Shown piece by piece: positions 1 through 7,903 of a stretch of 64,000 nt of DNA. Numbering within the stretch: the first letter of the stretch is position 1; each line of letters begins with the position of its first letter. The notes beneath the pieces were generated by a model. That model was not told where the DNA came from and made no database searches. It saw only the letters and a program-made list of their open reading frames with translations. The stretch covers positions 1 to 64,000 of the IMG/VR virus record IMGVR_UViG_3300047508_000198, one strand, 5' to 3'. Source of the stretch: a virus. The position numbers and the translations under genes were made by a program.

Positions 1-160
1 TTTCATATCGAGCTGACGAATGTGGACACGCCGCGGGCAGCGGTGGACAGAAATGTGCCGATATTGTGCACGACATGCGCCGCGGTGGTCGGCTCCTCGA
101 TGATGAACCAGACGATCAGGGCGATCCCGGTCCAGAACAGAAGCTGCTTGAACGTCGGCA

Positions 161-406
161 TCAGGGCGTCTCCGGAGCAGGCCGCGGGTCGGCAACCACC
201 TCATCGGTTATCGTGCGCTTGACCACCCGGTGACCCTGCGGCCGGTCTCCCTGGTCGGCCAGGGCATTCCAGCTGGCCTGGAAGCGGTCGAGCGAGGTGA
301 AGGCGGCATCCGGGATGTCCCACGGGGACAGGTCCTTCCAGCCGGAATCAGGGTTGGCCCCGGCGGGCAGGTACTGGGCCACATAGGTGACACGGGCTTT
401 AGCCAT
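161..406 (-). CDS. Hypothetical phage protein (81 aa)
   Basis: ORF overlaps the stop of the upstream gene (399); the CCTGGGAAGAA motif lies just upstream. Confidence 0.5.
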   Translation of the reverse strand: MAKARVTYVAQYLPAGANPDSGWKDLSPWDIPDAAFTSLDRFQASWNALADQGDRPQGHRVVKRTITDEVVADPRPAPETP

Positions 407-827
407 GAGGACCGAACCATTCTTCCCAGGAGTAGCCGGGGCCGGCGTCAGTCGGCTCGCTCTCGCCGTCGCCGCCAGGCGGCGGGGTCTCGTGCCTGCC
501 GCAGCCGCAGCCGGGCGAGCCCGGGTTGATCACGACGTAGACCCAGGCTTTGCGGTCATTGCGGGTCGGCCGGGTCCCGCCCGTGCGCCTGATGGACAGG
601 TCCCGGTAGTGCAGCTCGGTGAACCGGGCCGAGGCGGTCTGGTGGGACAGCCCCGTGGAAATCTCCACCTCGTCGCAGGTGGCGCCAGTCGCTCCCCGGC
701 TGTCGATGCAAGACCAGATCCGCTGGCGCTGAACCTCTCTCGTTGCGCCGGACAGGGAGGCAAAGGCCTCCTCGCTCTGCAGATCCCCGCGGTGGTAGTT
801 CCGCGTCGGGTCGAGATCATCGCTCAT
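399..827 (-). CDS. Winged-HTH-like DNA-binding protein
   Basis: RQRIWSCI...GATCDEVEISTGLSHQTASARFTEL resembles a phage wHTH; start moved to ATG 827, which overlaps the upstream stop. Confidence 0.55.
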   Translation of the reverse strand: MSDDLDPTRNYHRGDLQSEEAFASLSGATREVQRQRIWSCIDSRGATGATCDEVEISTGLSHQTASARFTELHYRDLSIRRTGGTRPTRNDRKAWVYVVINPGSPGCGCGRHETPPPGGDGESEPTDAGPGYSWEEWFGPHG

Positions 828-1128
828 GGTCATCGGGATCCGGGAAGTCGAACAGGTCCGGCACGCCTGCCAGCTCCTCCTCGATGGAGGCGGCGAACGC
901 GGCATGGTGAGCCGGGGAGCACACGGTGGCATCGCCCCATTCCTCGGTCAGCCGGTAGGGCTCGCCGCAGTAGGCGCACTTGGCCCAGGCCTCGCCGCGG
1001 TCCCGGATGCCCTTATTGATCAGGGCGTACATCACGTGCGTAGGATGCGCGCCCGGGTCGGCCAGGATCTTATCCGGGTCGTAGGGCTCCAGGTCGCCGT
1101 ACGGGTCGAACGGCTCGTCAGCCGGCAA
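817..1128 (-). CDS. Hypothetical acidic protein with CxxC motif
   Basis: TTG start with GGGGAG RBS; CAYCGEPY...CSPAHH. Confidence 0.45.
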   Translation of the reverse strand: MPADEPFDPYGDLEPYDPDKILADPGAHPTHVMYALINKGIRDRGEAWAKCAYCGEPYRLTEEWGDATVCSPAHHAAFAASIEEELAGVPDLFDFPDPDDHER

Positions 1129-1306
1129 AGTGATCGAACTCCCCGTTGCGGGCGCCATCCAGGAAGCAGTCCCACTCGTTGCGAGTGAAGCGCAGCTCCT
1201 GCTCCGGGTGCTTGCTGTCCCGCATCGCGACGCCGCCGCCCTCCAGATGCGCGACCTCGACGCAATCGCCGTCGTCCCCGCTGAGGCTGCTCTTGATCCA
1301 CTCCAT
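1118..1306 (-). CDS. DUF397 family protein
   Basis: WIKSSLS...DCVEVA...VAMRDSK.P...LRFT..EW..FL.G is the DUF397 signature; apparently leaderless after a TATATT -10. Confidence 0.85.
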   Translation of the reverse strand: MEWIKSSLSGDDGDCVEVAHLEGGGVAMRDSKHPEQELRFTRNEWDCFLDGARNGEFDHFAG

Positions 1307-1307
1307 A

Positions 1308-1556
1308 TCAAGGAATATAGCCTCGCTCCCGGGCAATGGCTACTGCCTCGCGCCGGGACGACACGCCGAGCTTGCGGTAGATCGCGTAGATGTGGGTCTT
1401 GGCCGTGTTCTGGCTGACGTGCAGCTGCTCGGCGATCTCGCGCGAGGTCATCCAGGTCGCCAGCAGCTTCATGACCTCCAGCTGGCGGGGCGACAGTTCC
1501 GGGATGTACCGGTCATGACGGATCATGCTCTTCAGGATGTTGCTCTCCCTGGTCAA
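1308..1556 (-). CDS. Stand-alone LuxR/GerE-type HTH regulator
   Basis: LSPRQLEVMKLL...TSREIAEQLHVSQNTAKTHIYAIYRKLGVSSR. Confidence 0.85.
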   Translation of the reverse strand: MTRESNILKSMIRHDRYIPELSPRQLEVMKLLATWMTSREIAEQLHVSQNTAKTHIYAIYRKLGVSSRREAVAIARERGYIP

Positions 1557-1725
1557 GGCCGGCCCGGACGATCAGCCGGACCTGCTGCCTGGCCTCGACC
1601 AGGCTAGCCGCGTCGCCCTCGTGCGGGACATCGCCGAAGGTGAACCGGTACTGCCGCTGGTCGTGGCTGTAGCTGAAGAAGAACCGGCGGCCCCCGACCC
1701 GGACGTCGTACCGGCGGCTGGCCAT
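1513..1725 (-). CDS. Hypothetical protein (70 aa)
   Basis: ATG 7 nt after a TGcTATCTT extended -10 (leaderless geometry). Confidence 0.5.
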   Translation of the reverse strand: MASRRYDVRVGGRRFFFSYSHDQRQYRFTFGDVPHEGDAASLVEARQQVRLIVRAGLDQGEQHPEEHDPS

Positions 1726-1873
1726 ATCAAGGAAGATAGCACGATACGATGGTCCTGCCAGTTACCGCGCGGGTGTCCCGAAGCCCCGCGTGCCCTGCGA
1801 TCAGCAGATCAGGAGGACCGCCTCATGTCCGGCCATGACGCCTGCCCCGCCTAGCGAGGTGAGGAGGTGAGTC

Positions 1874-2053
1874 ATGGACGGGGCCGGGCGGCCTCGCGAG
1901 ATCCCGCTCAAGCACAAGTACCGGGCCCGGAAGCCGAAGGGCAAGTTCCGGGCCGACTACATGGGCAACACCGGCATCAGCAGCGCACTGAAGCACGTGC
2001 GCCTGCCGGCGATCCACGGGATCAAGCGCAAGAAGTACCGCCGCAAGATGTGA
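1874..2053 (+). CDS. Small, highly basic protein (59 aa; not in the ORF track)
   Basis: GAGGAGGT RBS at 1861-1868; MDGAGRPREIPLKHKYRARKPKGKFRADYMGNTGISSALKHVRLPAIHGIKRKKYRRKM; followed by a hairpin. Confidence 0.6.
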   Translation: MDGAGRPREIPLKHKYRARKPKGKFRADYMGNTGISSALKHVRLPAIHGIKRKKYRRKM

Positions 2054-2060
2054 GCGCGGC

Positions 2061-2100
2061 AGGGCGCCCCGGAGCTTGGGATGGCATACCGGGGCGCTCT
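2061..2100. terminator. Hairpin between convergent genes
   Basis: AGGGCGCCCCGG (2061-2072) pairs with CCGGGGCGCTCT (2089-2100). Confidence 0.6.
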
Positions 2101-2119
2101 GTTAATCCTGCCTCAGTGA

Positions 2120-2470
2120 TCAGCTGCTCGCTTCCTTCTCAGCCTTCCTGGCTTCCTTCTCCTCGGCCTTGCGGCGCTGGGTCAGCGTCTCGCGCCCGGC
2201 CGCCTTCGCGTCCTTGTCCGCCTGCTGGATCGCGTCGGCCTCGGCCTTCACCAGCTGGTCGTAGCTCTCCTTGACCTGCTCCCGGGCCAGCTTCTCGGCC
2301 TGGAGCCGCTCGGCCTCGGCCCGCGCCTGGTCGCGCTGCTGGTCCTCGAAGGCCACCCGGGCCCGGGTCGCCTCGGCGGCCCGCTCCTCGGAGGCATCGG
2401 CCTGGCGCTCGGCCTCCTCCTGCCTCAGCTCGGCGGTCGCGTCCTTACGCAGCTGGCCCATGTCGCTCAT
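2120..2470 (-). CDS. Charged coiled-coil protein (116 aa)
   Basis: A/E/K/R/Q-rich helical sequence; GAGGAG RBS. Confidence 0.65.
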   Translation of the reverse strand: MSDMGQLRKDATAELRQEEAERQADASEERAAEATRARVAFEDQQRDQARAEAERLQAEKLAREQVKESYDQLVKAEADAIQQADKDAKAAGRETLTQRRKAEEKEARKAEKEASS

Positions 2471-2540
2471 CGTGTCTCCTCAGGTCGGTGTTTGCCTGCG
2501 GACTACCCGGGCTGCTGCGCTTCATCCCCCGGCAGCGCAG

Positions 2541-2598
2541 CACGGCGCCCCGGCTCCGCCGTCACAACAGGACTTGGCGTTCAGGCCGGGGCGCCGTG
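2541..2598 (-). terminator. Inverted repeat downstream of the secreted-protein gene
   Basis: CACGGCGCCCCGGC ... GCCGGGGCGCCGTG. Confidence 0.45.
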
Positions 2599-2615
2599 CG
2601 TGCGTAAACAGATGT

Positions 2616-3485
2616 TCACGGGCTGACGAAGCTGAAGCCTCCCACCCCGTTCCCGTTCCCGGCCGCCTTGGCGGTCCCGAAATTCAGGTTCTCCTGCGCG
2701 AACAGGTAGAGCGGCCGGCCGTGGTAAGTGACCTGGACGCCGAGCGGGGTACTGGTCAGCCCGACCTGCCCCGGGCGGGCGCCGCCGGTCACGCCCGGCC
2801 AGCTGGCGGTCAGCACGTACGGCCAGGCCCGCGCGCAGGCGCCCGTGCAGGGGCCGGAGGCGGTGTAGACCGGGAACTTGACCCAGCCCAGGAACGTGAA
2901 CATCAGCACGGCCAGGTGCCGGTGCCCGCCGATCCGGACGGTGGTCAAGGTGGCGACCCAGGGCAGCTGCCTGCCATCAGGCCGGACCAGGTTCCATACC
3001 CCGTGCGGCAGCGGGCTGGCCGGGTCGTCGAAGCCCTCACCGGTGACCTGGTTAGGCGCGTCGTCGAACATGTACAGCGGGCGCCCGGCGTAGGTGACCT
3101 GGGTGCCGACGCCCGTCCGGTGCACGGTGCCGAGCAGGTTCTGGTGCACGCCCCGCCCGGCGACGGGCGCCCCGGTGGTGGTGATGGCCGGCCAGACCGC
3201 GGTCTTGTCGTTGGACGGGCCGGTGCAGGACAGCGACATGCCGCCCAGGTGCAGGACCGTGGTCGTGCAGCCGAACGACGACGGCGAGTTGTCCGAGGTG
3301 ATGGTGTAGAGCGAGAAGCCCTTGTACTTGCCGTTGCCGACCACCAGGGCCGGGCCGAACGGGGTGCTGGCAAGGGAGATCTTGGTGCCGGTGCCGACAG
3401 AGGCCTGGGCCGCTCCCGTGCCCAGGGCGAGCAGGCCCGATACGGCCAGGGCCGCGCTCAGAGCCAATCCGATGAATCTGCGCAT
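2616..3485 (-). CDS. Secreted protein with Lipoprotein_15 (COG4315-like) repeats
   Basis: Signal peptide ending AAQA; two QVTY.GRPLY.F motifs and C.G.CA..WP. Confidence 0.8.
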   Translation of the reverse strand: MRRFIGLALSAALAVSGLLALGTGAAQASVGTGTKISLASTPFGPALVVGNGKYKGFSLYTITSDNSPSSFGCTTTVLHLGGMSLSCTGPSNDKTAVWPAITTTGAPVAGRGVHQNLLGTVHRTGVGTQVTYAGRPLYMFDDAPNQVTGEGFDDPASPLPHGVWNLVRPDGRQLPWVATLTTVRIGGHRHLAVLMFTFLGWVKFPVYTASGPCTGACARAWPYVLTASWPGVTGGARPGQVGLTSTPLGVQVTYHGRPLYLFAQENLNFGTAKAAGNGNGVGGFSFVSP

Positions 3486-3565
3486 GCGATAGTGCCCCTC
3501 CTTGTGCAGGTGTGCGTGACTCCGTGCGGTCGCGAGTCACCTATATCAAGGAAGATAGCACGAGG

Positions 3566-3757
3566 TCAGGCTGGGTCCCAGCGCTGGGCGAACCGGAGCA
3601 GGTCACGCTCGAACTTCTCGGCGGTAGCCCGGTCGGCGAACTCGAACCACCACTGCTCCCCGCAGCGGCCCTCCGGGTGATCCTTGTCCATCGGCGCGAT
3701 GCCGGACTGCTTCACCGTGTAGATGACGGGGGAGATGAACGGGTACTCGCTGCGCAT
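3566..3757 (-). CDS. Hypothetical protein (63 aa)
   Basis: Abuts the upstream stop in the lysin operon. Confidence 0.45.
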   Translation of the reverse strand: MRSEYPFISPVIYTVKQSGIAPMDKDHPEGRCGEQWWFEFADRATAEKFERDLLRFAQRWDPA

Positions 3758-4024
3758 CTAGCCCATCCAGGCGCGGCTGCGCTCGCTGGTCGGGACCTTC
3801 ACCTCGCCCGGGTGCTCGCGCTGCCACTGCACGATCTCCGCGATTCTCCCGGTCACCAGATCCTGATGGCGCTGCGGGGCGCCGCCCGTCTCGCACAGCG
3901 CCAGGTAGTAGCCCAGCATGGCCGGGACGAACGGGTCATGGCCGCGGAACACGATCACCGGCTCGTCCTCGGGGATGTCGCCGTGCTCGGTGGTCACCCG
4001 GCCGTACTTGCCGTCATAGCCCAT
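3758..4024 (-). CDS. Hypothetical phage protein (88 aa)
   Basis: Directly downstream of the lysin; IPEDEPVIVFRGHD motif. Confidence 0.6.
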   Translation of the reverse strand: MGYDGKYGRVTTEHGDIPEDEPVIVFRGHDPFVPAMLGYYLALCETGGAPQRHQDLVTGRIAEIVQWQREHPGEVKVPTSERSRAWMG

Positions 4025-4034
4025 ACCAGGGAAC

Positions 4035-4844
4035 CTACTTCACGGCAGCTGCGGTGTGCAGGTTCTGCCAGGTGACCGGGCCGACCTGCCCGTCTACCTG
4101 CAGCCGGTGTCGGCCCTGGTACTCCCGCACCGCAGCGGCCGAGGCGGGCCCGTAGATCCCGTCGGCGGCCAGTGAGTTGACCCAGGCCTCGCCCATCGTG
4201 GTGCGCCGGTAGTTCAGCCGGGCCTGCACCGCCTTGACGTCGGCACCGCGGACGAACGGGGAGGTCAGCGTGATGATCCGGCCCGGCCAGGCGGGGCCGC
4301 CCGGCTTGGCGGCCGGAGCGGCCGGAGCGGCCCCGGTCCCGGTGTACGGCACGTCGTAAAAGCCGTAGACGTAGCCCTGGTCGTTGCGGCGGTCCTTCTC
4401 CACCACCATCCCGCCGTCAGACTGCGACCCGGAGGAGGTGGCGGCCGTGTTGCCTTCCAGGGCCCGGAAGCGCTTGGGGTCGGCCGGGTCCACCCAGCTG
4501 ACCCAGCCGACGTGATCGAAGCGGTCGGCGTTGCCGGGGAAGTCGTACACCACGATGTAACCGCGCTTGGCCTCCGGCTTGAACCGGCCCTGCTTCTTGG
4601 CGTGGGCCATGACATCGCCGCAGTAGGCGAAGCCCTTCGGGGTGCGGATGCCCTCCAGCGGGCTGACGTCGCCCTGGGCACGGAACGCGGTGTAGAACCC
4701 CCACGAGATGAAGATCGCGCACCAGGGCACGGCCTGCATGCCGTACCAGGCCCCGAACTCGGTGCGGTTGGACCCGGCCGGGGACTCCTTCACCCCGAGC
4801 TTGGACTTGAAGACCGCCTCGACCTGAGCGATAGACGTAGCCAT
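4035..4844 (-). CDS. Endolysin: CHAP amidase plus peptidoglycan-binding domain
   Basis: PWCAIFISW, DHVGWV, LEGNT catalytic motifs; C-terminal DGIYGP...VREYQ...LQVDGQVGPVTW (PG_binding_1). Confidence 0.9.
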   Translation of the reverse strand: MATSIAQVEAVFKSKLGVKESPAGSNRTEFGAWYGMQAVPWCAIFISWGFYTAFRAQGDVSPLEGIRTPKGFAYCGDVMAHAKKQGRFKPEAKRGYIVVYDFPGNADRFDHVGWVSWVDPADPKRFRALEGNTAATSSGSQSDGGMVVEKDRRNDQGYVYGFYDVPYTGTGAAPAAPAAKPGGPAWPGRIITLTSPFVRGADVKAVQARLNYRRTTMGEAWVNSLAADGIYGPASAAAVREYQGRHRLQVDGQVGPVTWQNLHTAAAVK

Positions 4845-5863
4845 CAGGACTTGGTGATGGTCGCGATGCCCCTCGGGTTGAGGATCGACATGGCCACCAT
4901 CTCGTCGAAGACCCAGCCCTTCCAGAACGCCTCGACCATGTGGTTCTCCTCGACGTCCAGGCTGTAGAGCACCGGGAACACGCCGAGGAAGTTGGGCTCG
5001 GGGGTGAGGAAGATCTTGGCCTGCGGCACGATGATCGAGCGCTGGATCTGGAACTCGCCGAAGCTGGTGATGGTCTCGCCCGCGACGATCCGGTCCTTGA
5101 ACGCCCAGCCCGTCTGGTTGATGTCCCAGCGGTACATGTCGCGGAAGTCGAACGGGTTGATCATCAGCCGGGCGCTGGGCAGCTCGTGCAGGTCGGTCAT
5201 CGCGACCGCGCTGTAGAGCGAGCCCGGGGTGAGGTAGCCCGAGGCCTCGGTGATGTTGTGGTTCGGGGTGACCACGTGGTCCGGCCGGGTCGCGTAGTCC
5301 GTCACGGCCGCCTGCAGGATGACGAGCAGCCGCGCGTCCTCCTGCTTCAGGATGGCCTGCTTGGTCTCGTCCTGGGCCTGCTCGACCGCGTTGATCCGGA
5401 GGTAGAACAGGTCCTCCTTGCGGATCGCGGGGCGGGAGGCGATCCGGAAGAACCGCACCGGGATGCGCTTGCCCTCGAAGGGAGTCACGCGGACTTCGCC
5501 CTCAGTGCCGCTCAGGATGTAGGCCTGGCCGAGGTCGTCCCAGACGTCGTATTCAACGGGTGTGCCAGGAGTAACCGGGTCCTCGACCAGGACGTTGCGG
5601 GTGATGCCCTGATAGCGCAGCTTCAGCTGGATCGGGCCGACCATGCCCACGCCGAGGCGGCGGAAGCCGTGCAGCTCATCGGAGAGGATGAGCGCCATCT
5701 TGCGGACCTTGGCCTCGCGGGTGAGCGGCGCGGAGCGCGCCCGCCGGGCCTCAATCTGCGCTACGTAGTCGTCGCTCTTGCGCGAGGCGACGCGGGGCCG
5801 CAGGCCGCCGAGCGGCGCTGCCGGGGCCAGCTGGCCTGGGGCCACGGTGGCAAGCTCGGTCAT
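4844..5863 (-). CDS. Major capsid protein (Bxz1/cluster C-like)
   Basis: GPIQLKLRYQGITRNVLVED...YDVWDDLGQAY...VTPFEGKR...FRIAS resembles the cluster C capsid protein as recalled; sits downstream of the protease and decoration genes. Confidence 0.9.
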   Translation of the reverse strand: MTELATVAPGQLAPAAPLGGLRPRVASRKSDDYVAQIEARRARSAPLTREAKVRKMALILSDELHGFRRLGVGMVGPIQLKLRYQGITRNVLVEDPVTPGTPVEYDVWDDLGQAYILSGTEGEVRVTPFEGKRIPVRFFRIASRPAIRKEDLFYLRINAVEQAQDETKQAILKQEDARLLVILQAAVTDYATRPDHVVTPNHNITEASGYLTPGSLYSAVAMTDLHELPSARLMINPFDFRDMYRWDINQTGWAFKDRIVAGETITSFGEFQIQRSIIVPQAKIFLTPEPNFLGVFPVLYSLDVEENHMVEAFWKGWVFDEMVAMSILNPRGIATITKS

Positions 5864-5893
5864 GGGGTGGTCCTTTCCTGCGTACCCGTTGGG

Positions 5894-6547
5894 CTAGTTC
5901 CGGCTGATGCCGTACTGGGCTGCGTCATACGGAGACAGCCCGCCGATCGTGATCTTGGTGCTGGAGTTGACCTTCAGCAGCTTGGCCATCGGGGCCGAGA
6001 TCGAGGTGCTGGACTGCCACGGCACCAGCTGGCCCTGCAGCGTCCCGGCCTGGAGACCGGTGCCGACACCGGTCTGGGTGGCCACGCCGATCAGCGCCGA
6101 GCCGCCGCCGTCGGTCGGGTCGGTCCAGGTGGACGTGGGGTCGAAGGCGGGCGCGAGGATCTCGAACTCGGCGTCGGGGCCCATCACCCACACGGCAAAG
6201 GCGTTGATGCCCGCGTACAGCAGCTCGTCAATGCCGTCGCCGCCGACGTAGAGCGCGCCGAGCCCGTAGATGGACAGCGCCGCCGCGGTGTAGGTCGAGC
6301 CGTTGTTGGCCGCGCCCGCGGCACCGCCGGCACCGGTCATCACGGCGCCGTTCATCTGCACGCCGTTGGCCCCGGCCAGGGTCACCAGGTCACCGCCCGT
6401 GCGGATGAAGCCCATGCCCGGCCAGATCGGCACCGCCCGGGTCCAGTTCGGGTCCAGGAACACCGGCTTGGGAGTTGCCTGCGTCCACACGAAGAGGGGA
6501 CGGATGGTGCGCTTGATGTAATCGTTGCTGAGGTAAGTACGAATCAC
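5894..6547 (-). CDS. Capsid decoration/minor head protein
   Basis: KRTIRPLF...QATP..FLDP.W motif resembles the cluster C gene upstream of the capsid gene; synteny. Confidence 0.7.
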   Translation of the reverse strand: MIRTYLSNDYIKRTIRPLFVWTQATPKPVFLDPNWTRAVPIWPGMGFIRTGGDLVTLAGANGVQMNGAVMTGAGGAAGAANNGSTYTAAALSIYGLGALYVGGDGIDELLYAGINAFAVWVMGPDAEFEILAPAFDPTSTWTDPTDGGGSALIGVATQTGVGTGLQAGTLQGQLVPWQSSTSISAPMAKLLKVNSSTKITIGGLSPYDAAQYGISRN

Positions 6548-6673
6548 GGTCCCAGCACTCCTTCGCCTCGTCCTGCCTCTTCCGGGGCCGACCCGCGCGG
6601 GGCAAGCCCTCTGACTCTTCTGGGGGGAGGCTTAAAGGTCAGGTTGAGGGTGAGACTCAGCCAGGAGCGAACG

Positions 6674-7015
6674 TCAGGGAGTCACGACGTCCGAGGCGAA
6701 CAGCGCGGCCTTCGCGGCCGGGCTGATCGTGGAGTACTGGGCGTCGGACAGCACCACCACGGCGCTGGGGCCGTAGCGCAGCCCGTTGGGCAGCACGACA
6801 TCCTTGACGGTGCTCTTCAGCGTGATGGTGCGGGACACGTTCCCTCCTCCTGCGGTGTGCACCCCGGGGGCGGTGAGCAGCGTCGAGATGGCACGCGGGG
6901 TCAGCTGGCCGTACTCGTCATCGGTCAGCGTGACCACGGCCCCGGCCTGGTACCGGCTGCCGTTCGGCAGGCAGACATCCCGCTTCCCGGCGGCGATCGT
7001 CACTGCGTACGTCAT
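6674..7015 (-). CDS. Small virion-type protein with an internal duplication
   Basis: Two copies of DV.LPNG.RY...AVV.L.D..Y. Confidence 0.65.
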   Translation of the reverse strand: MTYAVTIAAGKRDVCLPNGSRYQAGAVVTLTDDEYGQLTPRAISTLLTAPGVHTAGGGNVSRTITLKSTVKDVVLPNGLRYGPSAVVVLSDAQYSTISPAAKAALFASDVVTP

Positions 7016-7029
7016 GTGCTATCTTCCTT
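7016..7029 (+). promoter_or_regulatory. Candidate extended -10 promoter for array 1
   Basis: GTGCTATCTTCCTT, identical to the 14-mer upstream of minus-strand genes at 1729-1742 and 3548-3561; points into the array. Confidence 0.55.
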
Positions 7030-7034
7030 AGTCA

Positions 7035-7868
7035 GAGTCATGGCCCGGCACGGCATGGCTCGCCTTTGGTGGCTCGGCGGTCACGGCAGCGCCCAGCGCG
7101 GATTGCATAGCGTGGCTTGGCCCGGCGAGGCAGTCAGGGACAGGCAGGGTCAGGCGAGGACGGGCCTGGCGGAGCACAGCGAGGCAAGGCAGTCCAGGCC
7201 CGGCTTGGGACGGAAAGGCTAGGCGTGGCTCGGCAAGGCCTGGCGCAGCCCGGCCCGGCTCGGCAGTCATGGCGAGGAATTGGCACGGCACGGCTAGGCG
7301 TGGCGTGGCAAGGCGTGGCCAGGCAGTCAGTGCTCGGCTGCTCTGGGCGTAGCTCGGAATGGCGACGCACAGCGGGGCTGTCAGGGAAGGGCGCGGCTCG
7401 GCAAAGGGGGCATAGCTCGGCGGCACATGGCCGTCGCGGTATTGCGTGGACGGCGAGGCGGCGCTGGGCGAGGCAGTCGCAGCATGTCCTGGACCGCGGG
7501 GCGGTGCGGCGCGCGGCTTGGCGGCGCGGCGCACGGCCTGGCACGGCAGTCGTGTCAAGGCCGGGCGGGTCACGGCAAGCCATGGCGAGGCCGGCTCGGC
7601 GAGGCCCGGCAAGGCCTGCGAGGGCGAGGCGCGGCCTGGCACGGCCGTCGAGGATTGGCTGGGTGCAGCTCGTCTCAGCACGGCATGGCGCGGGATGGCT
7701 TGGCAGTCAGCGCTGGGCATCGGCACGGGCAGCGTGGTCAGGCTGTCATCACGCGGCGTGGCTTGGCGAGGCGGGTCGGGTCTTGGCGAGGACCGGCATG
7801 GCTCGGCAGTCGTCGCAAGGCAAGGCTGCTCATGGCATGGCCTGGCCGGGCAGGCACAGGAGGCGGTC
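7035..7868 (+). repeat. GGC-NN pentamer array 1 (candidate guide-RNA array, about 14 units)
   Basis: 5-nt periodic GGCNN with GGC[ACGT]GTC separators at about 7076, 7129, 7188, 7262, 7322, 7376, 7429, 7472, 7545, 7643, 7702, 7741, 7805, 7862. Confidence 0.85.
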
Positions 7869-7893
7869 TCCATCGGGGGCACCGCCTCCTTTG
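7858..7893 (+). terminator. Hairpin closing array 1 (possibly bidirectional)
   Basis: AGGAGGCGGT (7858-7867) pairs with ACCGCCTCCT (7881-7890), followed by TT. Confidence 0.65.
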
Positions 7894-7903
7894 CCGTCCG
7901 GGC

